Source of the DNA: Candidatus Heimdallarchaeota archaeon | GTDB lineage: Archaea > Asgardarchaeota > Heimdallarchaeia > Hodarchaeales > Hodarchaeaceae | Reading direction: 5' to 3' | Assembly (NCBI GenBank): GCA_020353515.1 | Contig: CP070695.1 | Span: 4,503,348 to 4,529,313 of the forward strand | DNA length: 25,966 nt | Shown here: positions 8,631 to 17,655 of the stretch, one piece after another | How the letters are laid out: every line of letters begins with the position of its first letter | How positions within the stretch are numbered: the first letter of the stretch is position 1 | Notes under the pieces: generated by a model | What the model saw: only the letters and a program-made list of their open reading frames with translations | Told to the model about the DNA's origin: nothing | Databases searched by the model: none | Translations under genes and position numbers: made by a program

Positions 8631-9953
8631 TCATACATAGAAATCTTGCAACATTTCAGTTGGCGCTTTGAGAATAAATATCGTAATCGCCACCCCATAC
8701 CATCCGATATTCTCTGCTAGATTCGAAAATACCATTCCAGACATAAAAAATGTCAGGGTTGAAAGAAACCCAGCTAAATATATACTCGACAAAACAGAGG
8801 AAGTTGCTTTTTTTGTCTTTTTCCATGAACTGATTATTAATGATATCGCTCCTATCAAGAAAAAAGCAGCAGCTGGAATGCCAGCCTCAGCTGCTATTGA
8901 TAGAATTGAATTGTGGAGTGTTAATTCATGTGATTTCCCCCAAATTTGTTCCGATACCTCTGTTATTTCGCCACTCTTATTGATAACATATTTTGCACTT
9001 CCTGGACCACAACCTAATATCGGCTTGTCTTGGATCGCTTCTAATGCTGACCTATACATTACAATCCTGACTCCTGTACCATGTTCTAGTAAATTGGACA
9101 TCTTTCGTTCAAACCGCCACGAAAGGCCTATGAAAAGAAATGGAATGATTATTAAAATTGCAACACAGATGAAAAAAGACTTTTTTGCAATCTTTTTCTG
9201 GAAGAATAGGAGAATGATTAATTCAATAAAGAATGTTAATGTCCCCATTACTGATACCGTCGATATAATGCCAATTGCATTAATGATAATGATTGGAGTT
9301 AAAAATTTAGAGTTCCGTAATCTCATCCAAACGAAAGCGAACGGAAACGTTGCGACAATGAATCGGGCAAAAACATTTGGTCTAAAAAAGATTGTAGCTT
9401 GAATGAATCCTTTAAGAGACAGGGGAGCGAAACTAAATGCTTTTCTAAATGCAGAAATATCCTTGGATATGATTACCAATAATATCGCCAAAGCTGCTAC
9501 GATAAAATTTGTATAGGTAATTATTCTGATCAGCATATTCAAGTGTTTCTTATTAATCGAAAGAGCAGCAACAACAACGAAAATCAGGATATATCGGAAT
9601 ATCCAACGTCCTCCCCAAGCTTTGATCCAACCAACATTGAAGTTCGTTATTAATACTGCTGCAAGAGAGATCGTGGTCAGTAATCCGGATAGAAAGAAGA
9701 GCCATATGGATCTGTGTCCAAAGAAGTAGAATTTAGGGCGATAACTGAGACTAAACAAGAATATAATGAATATCACGACCATAAGATACTCTAATGGAGA
9801 AATGTAAAGCTGTTTGGATAGCGGATTGAAGAAATATAACGGCAGAAATACTAGAGATACTTTTAAAATCCGCTCTCTGAAGCGATCAATCGGTTTCAAG
9901 CCGAGAGCTTTTCCATGGGTAGATGGAGGATAATCATTATTCTTTTTTATCAT
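8631..9953 (-). CDS. O-antigen ligase / Wzy_C-family integral membrane protein (ligase, polymerase or O-oligosaccharyltransferase)
   Basis: 440 aa, multi-TM. Contains F.RPNVFARF and a periplasmic-loop signature R..MY..AL..IQDKPILGCGPG ... LHNSILSIAAEAGI. Oriented opposite to the rest of the cluster. Confidence 0.85.
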   Translation of the reverse strand: MIKKNNDYPPSTHGKALGLKPIDRFRERILKVSLVFLPLYFFNPLSKQLYISPLEYLMVVIFIIFLFSLSYRPKFYFFGHRSIWLFFLSGLLTTISLAAVLITNFNVGWIKAWGGRWIFRYILIFVVVAALSINKKHLNMLIRIITYTNFIVAALAILLVIISKDISAFRKAFSFAPLSLKGFIQATIFFRPNVFARFIVATFPFAFVWMRLRNSKFLTPIIIINAIGIISTVSVMGTLTFFIELIILLFFQKKIAKKSFFICVAILIIIPFLFIGLSWRFERKMSNLLEHGTGVRIVMYRSALEAIQDKPILGCGPGSAKYVINKSGEITEVSEQIWGKSHELTLHNSILSIAAEAGIPAAAFFLIGAISLIISSWKKTKKATSSVLSSIYLAGFLSTLTFFMSGMVFSNLAENIGWYGVAITIFILKAPTEMLQDFYV

Positions 9954-10004
9954 CTCGGAAATATATTTGAATACTGTGTTTTAAACTCTTTACTCTCTTT
10001 TTAA

Positions 10005-10033
10005 ATTATATTCAGGTTAACTTGCTTATGCAA
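10005..10033 (-). promoter_or_regulatory. Sigma70-type promoter for the inverted ligase-like gene
   Basis: The minus strand reads TTGCAT (10033-10028), 17 bp, TATAAT (10010-10005), about 50 bp upstream of the ATG at 9953. Confidence 0.7.
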
Positions 10034-10046
10034 TCTCAGACGTTTC

Positions 10047-10055
10047 TGATATAGT
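10047..10055 (+). promoter_or_regulatory. Possible extended -10 promoter for the epimerase operon, back-to-back with the minus-strand promoter
   Basis: TGaTATAGT at 10047-10055. The -35 match is poor (TATGCA at 17-bp spacing). Confidence 0.35.
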
Positions 10056-10211
10056 GAGAATGAATTAAAAATTGTATGATGATACCGGGCAAAACATCGA
10101 ATAAACTCCTAATTCTGTATAAGAAGATGACAACGCATTTCACCAATTTACATAATAATCAAAAATTCTCGCAGCACATGAGTATTTAATCTGGAATAAA
10201 GAGGTCGATAA

Positions 10212-11375
10212 TTGAATTCTAGGGCTAAGCTAAAAATACTCCATGAGAGGGACTTAGTCGACAAGGTCTGCGTCGTCATCGGAACCAGACCAGGTATTAT
10301 AATGTTTAGTCCCATTCTTAGGGCGCTTCACTGCAGCAAGATAAAATACTTTATTATCCATACTGGACAACATTATTCATACAACATGGATAAAAAGTTT
10401 TTTGAGGATCTTAATCTCCCAGAACCAGAGTATAAGCTCGAAAATGTAAAGGATTTTTATCTTCATGGTGAACAAACAGCCGGGATGCTGAAGGGAATTG
10501 AAAAAATACTGGTTAAAGAAAAGCCAAAGATTACATTAGTGGGGGGAGATGCAAACACGAATTTAGCAGGGGCCTTAGCCGCACGAAAACTTCACATACG
10601 GGTTGGGCATGTCGAAGCTGGAGAGAGAAGCGGAGATTGGAGGATGCCAGAGGAACATAACCGGATTATTATTGATCACATCTCAGAATATCTTTTTGCT
10701 ACGAACAAAAAAGCAAAGGAAAATTTAATCCTTGACAATATTAAAGGAAAAATTTTCATTACTGGAAATCCAATTGTGGATGCGGCATACCAAAATCTCA
10801 AGATCGCCCGTTCAAAATCACAAGTATTGGAGAAAATGAAGCTTAAATCTGATGAATATATTCTAATGACTCTGCATAGAGAGGAAAATGTAGACAACGT
10901 TGAAAATCTAAGGTGTGTATTTAAAGGATTAAGTTTGATCTGTAAGGATATTAGGAAGAAGATAATCTTTCTGGCTCATCCAAGGACTGTCAAACGTATC
11001 AATGAATTTGGCCTCAACAATATATTGCGCCCAATTCATTGTCTTCAAATAGAAGAACCTGTAGGCTATTTAGATTTTTTAAATTTGCTGGTTCATTCAT
11101 CCTTGGTAATGACTGATTCCGGAGGCGTCCAACAAGAAAGTTGCATTTTAAAAATTCCTTGTGTCACACTGAGGGACAATACTGAATGGATTGAAACATT
11201 AGAGATATCAGCGAATATTTTGGTCGGTGTATCTCCAAAAAAGATATTGGAGGGCACTACTATCATGCTCAGATCAGGTCGCATGTGGGATAATCCTTTT
11301 GGGGATGGATTTTCGGCGAAAAAAATTGTAAATATCATTGAAAATGATATAACGATGAAAGGGGACAAAACATGA
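10212..11375 (+). CDS. wecB: UDP-N-acetylglucosamine 2-epimerase (non-hydrolysing) family, WecB/WbpI-like
   Basis: GTRP, HTGQHY, GD.NT, HVEAG.RS, MPEEHNR, TLHREEN, TDSGGVQ.E and LRDNTEW motifs. TTG start with AAGAGG upstream. Confidence 0.9.
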   Translation: MNSRAKLKILHERDLVDKVCVVIGTRPGIIMFSPILRALHCSKIKYFIIHTGQHYSYNMDKKFFEDLNLPEPEYKLENVKDFYLHGEQTAGMLKGIEKILVKEKPKITLVGGDANTNLAGALAARKLHIRVGHVEAGERSGDWRMPEEHNRIIIDHISEYLFATNKKAKENLILDNIKGKIFITGNPIVDAAYQNLKIARSKSQVLEKMKLKSDEYILMTLHREENVDNVENLRCVFKGLSLICKDIRKKIIFLAHPRTVKRINEFGLNNILRPIHCLQIEEPVGYLDFLNLLVHSSLVMTDSGGVQQESCILKIPCVTLRDNTEWIETLEISANILVGVSPKKILEGTTIMLRSGRMWDNPFGDGFSAKKIVNIIENDITMKGDKT

Positions 11376-11965
11376 ATGCCGTTTTCGGAAAAGGCCGTAG
11401 ATTACAAGATCATATTATCATAGGGATGAAGTATAAGGAGGACTGCAGAAAAGCCCAGATCGGCAGTTATGCCGTTATTAGGTCTGGAACAATAATATAT
11501 GCTGATGTCGAAATCGGCGATTATTTCCAGACTGGGCACAATGTTATGATCAGGGAGATGACAAAGATAGGAAACAGAGTTGTCGTAGGAACAAACAGTG
11601 TCATCGATGGAAATGTTGAAATCGGAAATTTCGTTAAGATTGAGACTAATGTATATATCCCCACTCACATGAAAATTGGAAACCATGTGTTTATTGGTCC
11701 AGGGGCTGTATTCACTAATGACAAATATCCGCAGCGCTTGCGGGATGAGTATGAACCGAATGGCCCAATACTCGAGGACTCCGTAACAGTAGGTGCTAAT
11801 TCAGCGATTCTTCCTGGAATCCGTATTAAAGAAGGAGCAATAATTGGCGCAGGAAGCGTTGTTACAAAAGATGTTCCACCGTGGAACTTTGCAATCGGAA
11901 ATCCGGCAACGATTTCTCCTCTCCCGGAAAAGCTGCGGGAACCCAATCGCGCAAAAAGGTGGTAG
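11372..11965 (+). CDS. Hexapeptide-repeat N-acyltransferase (WbpD/WlbB-like)
   Basis: Left-handed beta-helix repeats, FIGPGAVFTNDKYP and IGAGSVVTKDVP...GNPA. ATGA overlap with the upstream gene. Confidence 0.88.
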   Translation: MNAVFGKGRRLQDHIIIGMKYKEDCRKAQIGSYAVIRSGTIIYADVEIGDYFQTGHNVMIREMTKIGNRVVVGTNSVIDGNVEIGNFVKIETNVYIPTHMKIGNHVFIGPGAVFTNDKYPQRLRDEYEPNGPILEDSVTVGANSAILPGIRIKEGAIIGAGSVVTKDVPPWNFAIGNPATISPLPEKLREPNRAKRW

Positions 11966-11971
11966 GAAAAA

Positions 11972-12958
11972 ATGATAAAGATAGGCGTAATCGGCTGTGG
12001 GAAAATAGCTGAAAAGCATCTAAATGCGTATAAGAAAATTGACGATATTGACGTATTTGTATCTGACATTGTTGAAAAAGGTAGAGTCGTTGCCAATAAA
12101 TACGGAGCCAAATGGTATGATGATCCGGAACGATTAATCCTTGAAGGAAAAGTCGATGCCATTGATATATGTGTACCTACGCCATCACATCATGATTTCA
12201 TAGTAAAGGCTCTCAAGAGCGGGAAACATGTATTCTGTGAGAAACCACTGGCTTCATCTATAGAAGAGGCTGAGCAGATTCAGGCGAAAGCTATGCAGAC
12301 AAATAAGCTTATAATGGTTGGATACCTTTACAGATTCCATCCCGCATTTGAATTTGCCAATGATATCATCAAAGAAAAAATCATCGGAGAACCTTATTAT
12401 GCGTTTTTCCGATTAGGAGGACGAGGATCTCATAAAGCTTGGAAACATTTAAAAAAGACTGGTGGGGGAGCCGCCAACGAAATGCTGGTCCATATGTTGG
12501 ATTTGGTTGTCTGGTATTTCGGCGAGATTACAAAGGTTGATAACCTTTACACTGATATCATCCTTAAAGAACGAATGATTGAAAATAAAATAGTAAAGCC
12601 CACAGCAGAAGATTTGACTCTATTGAAAATTGACACTACAAGTGATGTAAAAGTGCTTTGTCAATGCGATCTTATAACTCCTAGTTATATGAATTTTATT
12701 GAAATTCATGGGACCAACGGTTCCATGTACACTTCAATTTTGGATCATTTTCCTACCAATGTGTACTGCAAAGAGCCGATTGGTATCTACGATAGAGGAA
12801 ACAATTTTTTCAAGTTCTCTAAGGTTGACTTATTCGAAAAAGAATTGAGATATTTTATCAGTTGTATGAAAAATCGCTGTGTGAATGATGTAGACTCCTT
12901 AAGGGATTCGATTTCGGTAATGAAAGCAATAAACATTCTTTACAAGGAGAATGATTGA
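11972..12958 (+). CDS. Gfo/Idh/MocA NAD-dependent oxidoreductase (WbpB/GnnA-like sugar 3-dehydrogenase)
   Basis: IGVIGCGKIA, ICVPTPSH, HVFCEKPLA, VGYLYRFHP and H.LD motifs. It lies between an acetyltransferase and a DegT aminotransferase. Confidence 0.85.
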   Translation: MIKIGVIGCGKIAEKHLNAYKKIDDIDVFVSDIVEKGRVVANKYGAKWYDDPERLILEGKVDAIDICVPTPSHHDFIVKALKSGKHVFCEKPLASSIEEAEQIQAKAMQTNKLIMVGYLYRFHPAFEFANDIIKEKIIGEPYYAFFRLGGRGSHKAWKHLKKTGGGAANEMLVHMLDLVVWYFGEITKVDNLYTDIILKERMIENKIVKPTAEDLTLLKIDTTSDVKVLCQCDLITPSYMNFIEIHGTNGSMYTSILDHFPTNVYCKEPIGIYDRGNNFFKFSKVDLFEKELRYFISCMKNRCVNDVDSLRDSISVMKAINILYKEND

Positions 12959-14061
12959 TGAAAAGCCAAATTGCAATCACAAAAGTCAATCTGACCGAAA
13001 ATGAAATTCAGGCTGCTGTTGAAATTCTAAAGTCAGGTAATCTAAGACAGGGTAAAAAAACGGAGGAATTTGAATATTCATTTGCCGAGAAAATTGGAGC
13101 GAAATATGCTGTTGCTGTCAGTTCGGGAACGGCTGCTTTGCACATCGCATACCTTTCTGTTTTAGAGATAGGGGATGAAGTTCTCCTCCCTTCTTTCACA
13201 TTCATCGCGACAGCCAGCATGGTTCATTATTCGAATTGCAATCCTATATTTTGTGATGCTGATAGGGAAACATTCACAATCGATATTGAAGATGCTAAAA
13301 AAAGAATAACGGAAAAAACTAAAGCAATAGCTCCTGTTCACTTGTTTGGAAATGCCTGTGATGTGGAAAAAATCGAGGAATTGGCAAATAATCACAATCT
13401 GAGGATAATTTGGGATGCGGCTCAGGCTCACGGAACTCGTTACCGAGGAAAGGACGTTGGATGTCTGAATGATTTGGTATGTTACTCATTTTATCCGAGT
13501 AAGAATATGATTACGGGTGAAGGAGGAATGGTTACAACCAACAATCCCAAACTCAATGAAAAATTAAGGCTCCTCAGAAGTCATGGTCAGGCAAAGAAAT
13601 ATTTTCATACTGACTTCGGATTCAACTATCGAATGACCGATGTTGAGGCTTCGATCGGACTGGAGCAATTGAAAAGACTGGATCCAATGACAGAGATCCG
13701 TCGAAGAAACACAGAAATTTTAAATCAAGGTATCAATACAGTAGACGGCATCATTGCCCAAAAAACAACAATAGGTGCGGATCATTCTTATCATCAATAT
13801 TGTGTTTTAGTTGATCCTGATGAATATGGGTGTGACCGAGATCAATTAGCTTTGTATCTTAAAAACGAGAATATCTTAACAGGAGTCCACTACCCCCGCG
13901 GATTGCATGAGCAGCCAGTTTTTCAAGAAAGATTAGGGAAAATGGAACTGCCTGTTACAGAATATTTGACACGTCATATTCTTGCATTACCTATTCATCA
14001 TAATCTTTACCCCTCCGATATGGAAAGGATTGTTGACGCAATCAAAGAAAATCACAAATAA
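12958..14061 (+). CDS. DegT/DnrJ/EryC1/StrS PLP-dependent sugar aminotransferase (WbpE/GnnB-like)
   Basis: SSGTAALH, DAAQAHG, SFYPSKNMITGEGG (PLP Lys) and GFNYRMTD motifs. ATG 12958 overlaps the upstream TGA and follows AAGGAG; TTG 12955 is an alternative start. Confidence 0.92.
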   Translation: MKSQIAITKVNLTENEIQAAVEILKSGNLRQGKKTEEFEYSFAEKIGAKYAVAVSSGTAALHIAYLSVLEIGDEVLLPSFTFIATASMVHYSNCNPIFCDADRETFTIDIEDAKKRITEKTKAIAPVHLFGNACDVEKIEELANNHNLRIIWDAAQAHGTRYRGKDVGCLNDLVCYSFYPSKNMITGEGGMVTTNNPKLNEKLRLLRSHGQAKKYFHTDFGFNYRMTDVEASIGLEQLKRLDPMTEIRRRNTEILNQGINTVDGIIAQKTTIGADHSYHQYCVLVDPDEYGCDRDQLALYLKNENILTGVHYPRGLHEQPVFQERLGKMELPVTEYLTRHILALPIHHNLYPSDMERIVDAIKENHK

Positions 14062-14137
14062 CTATTTCAAGAACTGCTTTAATTAAAGCCACAAATCATT
14101 AGAACTGAAACAAATTGTGGATTAATTTTTATTAAAC

Positions 14138-15397
14138 ATGAAAATTTTACTTCTTTTCCCTCATTTTAATCCGCCAGAACTCTCAAGTAGCCTGCGATCG
14201 TGGACTATCGGAAGGTTTCTCGCTAATCGTAACAATGATGTCACGGTTTTTGCGCCAGGTGTGAACATGAGAACAGGAAAGCTGTTTCCTGAAATGAAAT
14301 ATCGAATATTTTCGAGTACAAACATCGCTCAACTTCGACTGATCAGGGTCAGGACACTTACTAATTTTCGTAAAAGCCCTTTAAGACGAGTATTTTTTGA
14401 ATTTATATATTCATTTTTAGCGTTCTTTAGAGCCTTGTTTGTCTTTAATATTGATATTGTAGTCGCATCTTATCCTCCCGCAATGATGCCGATATTTGGA
14501 ATTTTCCTTTCAAAGCTGAAACGAATTCCTGTAATTTTTGAGGTCAGAGATCTGTTCGCAGATTATCTAGCTGCCACAGGATATGTAAAGTCCAATCTTT
14601 TCATCAAAATTTCTCTCTTAATTGAAAAGTATGTCTCAAGAGAATGTACAAAGATTATTGCTGTGTCGCCTGGCATTAAACGAGAGTTAATTAAGAAAGG
14701 CATAAAAGACAATAAGATCTTCGTCGCTACAAATGGCTATGAGAATGAATTGTTTGAAAATGCTGATTACAGCTTAAATCCTCGAACTGAATATAAATGG
14801 AAAAACAGCTTTGTAGTTGTCTATGCCGGTGGACTAACACAATCCTATGATGTCTCCACGCTCTTGAGAGCCGCCAATCGAATGAAGAAAAATAAGAATA
14901 TTGTTATCGCTATCATTGGTGATGGTCATCGAAAAAGGGAATATATGGATTATTGCACTAAAAATAATATAAAGAATGTTCAATTTTTAGGTCCAAAACC
15001 AAGAAATTTGATGCCTGCCATTCTATCGAAAGCCGATGTTGGCGTTCATCTATTCCCTGATAATCCTATCTGGGAAATTGTTTTAGGGAATAAAACATTC
15101 GATTATTTAGGAAGTGGTATCCCAATGATCTATGCAGGGAGAGGAGATATATCCGATTTGCTGAATAAATCACACGCAGGAATAACAGTCAGTCCCGAAA
15201 ATTATGAAGAGTTAGCAGAAGCTATTCTTTGGGTGAAATCGAATCCTGAAAAGGCAAATGAAATGGGAAAGAATGGAAAAGAATTTGTAATGAAATATTA
15301 TTCCCGAAACAAAATTCTAGAAGAATATTACCAAATTTTAAAAGACAGTTTTCATTCTGAACCATCCATTCAGAAAACAAAATTTAAAAATGTTTAG
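14138..15397 (+). CDS. Glycosyltransferase family 4 (WbuB-like)
   Basis: FNPPE, FEVRDLF, AVSPG, NG, VVYAG and NKTFDYLGSGIP motifs. Confidence 0.9.
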   Translation: MKILLLFPHFNPPELSSSLRSWTIGRFLANRNNDVTVFAPGVNMRTGKLFPEMKYRIFSSTNIAQLRLIRVRTLTNFRKSPLRRVFFEFIYSFLAFFRALFVFNIDIVVASYPPAMMPIFGIFLSKLKRIPVIFEVRDLFADYLAATGYVKSNLFIKISLLIEKYVSRECTKIIAVSPGIKRELIKKGIKDNKIFVATNGYENELFENADYSLNPRTEYKWKNSFVVVYAGGLTQSYDVSTLLRAANRMKKNKNIVIAIIGDGHRKREYMDYCTKNNIKNVQFLGPKPRNLMPAILSKADVGVHLFPDNPIWEIVLGNKTFDYLGSGIPMIYAGRGDISDLLNKSHAGITVSPENYEELAEAILWVKSNPEKANEMGKNGKEFVMKYYSRNKILEEYYQILKDSFHSEPSIQKTKFKNV

Positions 15398-15399
15398 CT

Positions 15400-16431
15400 A
15401 TGTCTGAAGCCTTTATCTATTTATCCGCTTTCATAGTAAGTCTTTTCATTTCGCTCGGTATATCAACACCCGTATCTATTTGGATCGCGAGCAGAATCGG
15501 AGCGATAGATCATCCAGGTGATTTAACCATTCATGAATATCCGATACCGCGTCTGGGGGGATTAGGTATTTTTATCTCTTGGATAATCACAATAAGTATC
15601 TTCATGATAATTTTTAGTATATATGATCCTAGAATCCTGATAATTCTATTGGGAATTCTATTCATAATTATTATCGGTATCATTGATGACATTCGGGGGA
15701 TAAAGCAGACAAGAAAATTTATTATTTATTTCTTACTGTCACTCACAATATCATGGCTTATCATAGATATTAAATCTTGGTGGATCTTAGCTTCAGCATC
15801 GATCTTTATAGTTGGAATGATAAATGCTTATAACTTTATTGACGGAATGGATGGCTTAGCGAGCGGTTTAGCAATTATTAACTATTTTGCATTATTTATA
15901 TTATTCATTTTTGACGGATCCCTATTGCTAGCTTTTATTTCAATTAGCTATGCTGGTGCTTGTTCCGGATTCTTACCTTACAATTGGCACAGAGCGCGAA
16001 TTTTTTTGGGAGATGTGGGCTCACTGAGTATTGGGCTGTCAATTGCAGGATTATCAGTTATTTTTTTAGAAAACGGATCATGGGATTTCAATCGGGCCAT
16101 TGCAGTTTTATTTATTGCTGCCATTCCCATAGGAGATCTCATATTTACATTTGTGAGAAGAATCATTTGCAGAAAGACTATAAATCCCAGAAGACTTTTT
16201 TTGGGAGACCGCAGTCATTATTATGATCAAATGTATTCGATCTCAACTATGAATACTAAAAAAATAGTGATTATTAGCTATATTGTTTGTGTTGTTTTTG
16301 CCATGCTTGGTATAACTTTGTTTTTCTTGGAAGAAGTGCTGTCTGCATGTTTAGGAATCGCGGGGATTTTCCTTATAATCATGATTGGCAGATGTCTTAA
16401 GATAAAGATTCCAAAGGCTGAGAGAGTTTAA
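15400..16431 (+). CDS. wecA: Polyprenyl-phosphate HexNAc-1-phosphate transferase (WecA/TagO/MraY-like initiating enzyme)
   Basis: IH..PIPRLGGLGI, GIIDD, NAYNFIDGMDGLA, IFLGDVGS and DRSH motifs in a multi-TM protein. Confidence 0.85.
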   Translation: MSEAFIYLSAFIVSLFISLGISTPVSIWIASRIGAIDHPGDLTIHEYPIPRLGGLGIFISWIITISIFMIIFSIYDPRILIILLGILFIIIIGIIDDIRGIKQTRKFIIYFLLSLTISWLIIDIKSWWILASASIFIVGMINAYNFIDGMDGLASGLAIINYFALFILFIFDGSLLLAFISISYAGACSGFLPYNWHRARIFLGDVGSLSIGLSIAGLSVIFLENGSWDFNRAIAVLFIAAIPIGDLIFTFVRRIICRKTINPRRLFLGDRSHYYDQMYSISTMNTKKIVIISYIVCVVFAMLGITLFFLEEVLSACLGIAGIFLIIMIGRCLKIKIPKAERV

Positions 16432-16435
16432 TCTT

Positions 16436-17638
16436 ATGGATATAGATTCTCCTGCTATATTGGGAGGGGATCCCGTATTCGAGAATAAATTGGGAATTGT
16501 CCGACCTCAATTACCTAAGCTTTCATCCATTCAAGAACGCCTGAAGCTCGCTTTGATTTCAGGACAACTAACAAACCAGGGGAAGTACGTCGAGACACTA
16601 GAAAAAAAACTATCTGAATATTTTGGAGTAAGTCACGTCATTACAACATCTAATGCTACTCTGGGTTTAATTATTGTTTTAAAAGCGTTAGAAAGGGAAG
16701 GAGAAGTCATTCTTCCCAGTTTTACATTTGCAGCAACAGGTCATGCAGTTTCTTGGGCCGGGTTGAAACCAGTGTTTGCCGATATCCTTCCAGATACATA
16801 CACTTTAAATCCTGAATCCGTAGCTGAATTGATTAACAAAAATACAGTTGCAGCGATGGGGGTCCATATTTATGGACATCCATGCGAAATTGACGAGCTG
16901 TCCAAAATCGCTGTTCAAAATCGTTTAGAACTTATATTTGACTCTGCCCATGCCTTCGGGAGTTATTATAAAAACAAGATCATTGGGTCATTTGGTCGAG
17001 CTGAAGTCTTGAGTTTTCATGCGACAAAGATTTTTCCTGTGGGAGAGGGAGGCGCTATTTTAACAAATGACGGCGAACTAGCTACCCGCTTGAAATTACT
17101 TAGAGTTTTCGGCGATCCCGGCACAGAAAATACTCAATTGATAGGACTAAATGCGAAAATGCAAGAATTCAATGCATTAATTGGCCTTGAAAATCTAAAA
17201 GTAATCAACCGGCATATTGAAACGCGACGAAAAAGAGCCCAGTTGATGAAGTCCCTTCTTAATGAAACTCCGGGTCTTCAAACACAAAAGGAGCGTTCTT
17301 ATGTTGTCTCAAATTATCAAAATTTTCCTTTATGTATTGAAGAGAATCGATTTGGGTTGGATCGCGATCAACTCTGTTCTGCACTTCTGGCCGAAAATAT
17401 AGGCATCAGAAAATATTTCTATCCGCCACTGCATAAACATAAATCATACATTAATAATTCAGACGGAAATAGAAAGCAGCTTAATGTGACAAATGATGTC
17501 TCAAATCGAATCCTTTGCATCCCAATTTATTCAGATACGACGGAAGAAGAAGTTCATAAAATTTGTTTTGCTATAAAAAAAATATACCTTCATTCAAAAG
17601 CTATTCGTAAATTCATCATCAAAAATGACAAGAACTAA
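16436..17638 (+). CDS. DegT-family aminotransferase, VioA-like (NDP-4-keto-6-deoxyhexose 4-aminotransferase)
   Basis: LTNQG..V..LE, NATLGL, PSFTFAAT.HA, DSAHAFG, SFHATK (PLP Lys), GLNAKMQE and RKYFYP. This motif set is characteristic of the VioA subgroup. Confidence 0.85.
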   Translation: MDIDSPAILGGDPVFENKLGIVRPQLPKLSSIQERLKLALISGQLTNQGKYVETLEKKLSEYFGVSHVITTSNATLGLIIVLKALEREGEVILPSFTFAATGHAVSWAGLKPVFADILPDTYTLNPESVAELINKNTVAAMGVHIYGHPCEIDELSKIAVQNRLELIFDSAHAFGSYYKNKIIGSFGRAEVLSFHATKIFPVGEGGAILTNDGELATRLKLLRVFGDPGTENTQLIGLNAKMQEFNALIGLENLKVINRHIETRRKRAQLMKSLLNETPGLQTQKERSYVVSNYQNFPLCIEENRFGLDRDQLCSALLAENIGIRKYFYPPLHKHKSYINNSDGNRKQLNVTNDVSNRILCIPIYSDTTEEEVHKICFAIKKIYLHSKAIRKFIIKNDKN

Positions 17639-17655
17639 TGTAAAAGGAGCATTTA

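Noticed and set aside
8668-9402. 244-aa plus-strand ORF that would keep the cluster co-oriented
   Set aside because: It is the antisense shadow of the Wzy_C gene, which has clear family motifs and its own promoter. The shadow has no recognisable motifs.
11665-12162. 165-aa minus-strand ORF and the other short nested or antisense ORFs in the track
   Set aside because: They lie within or opposite well-supported genes and show no independent coding signal.
14076-14089. Perfect palindrome GCTTTAATTAAAGC between the aminotransferase and GT4 genes
   Set aside because: It is AT-rich, has no loop or U-tract and I saw no second copy, so it is plausibly chance.
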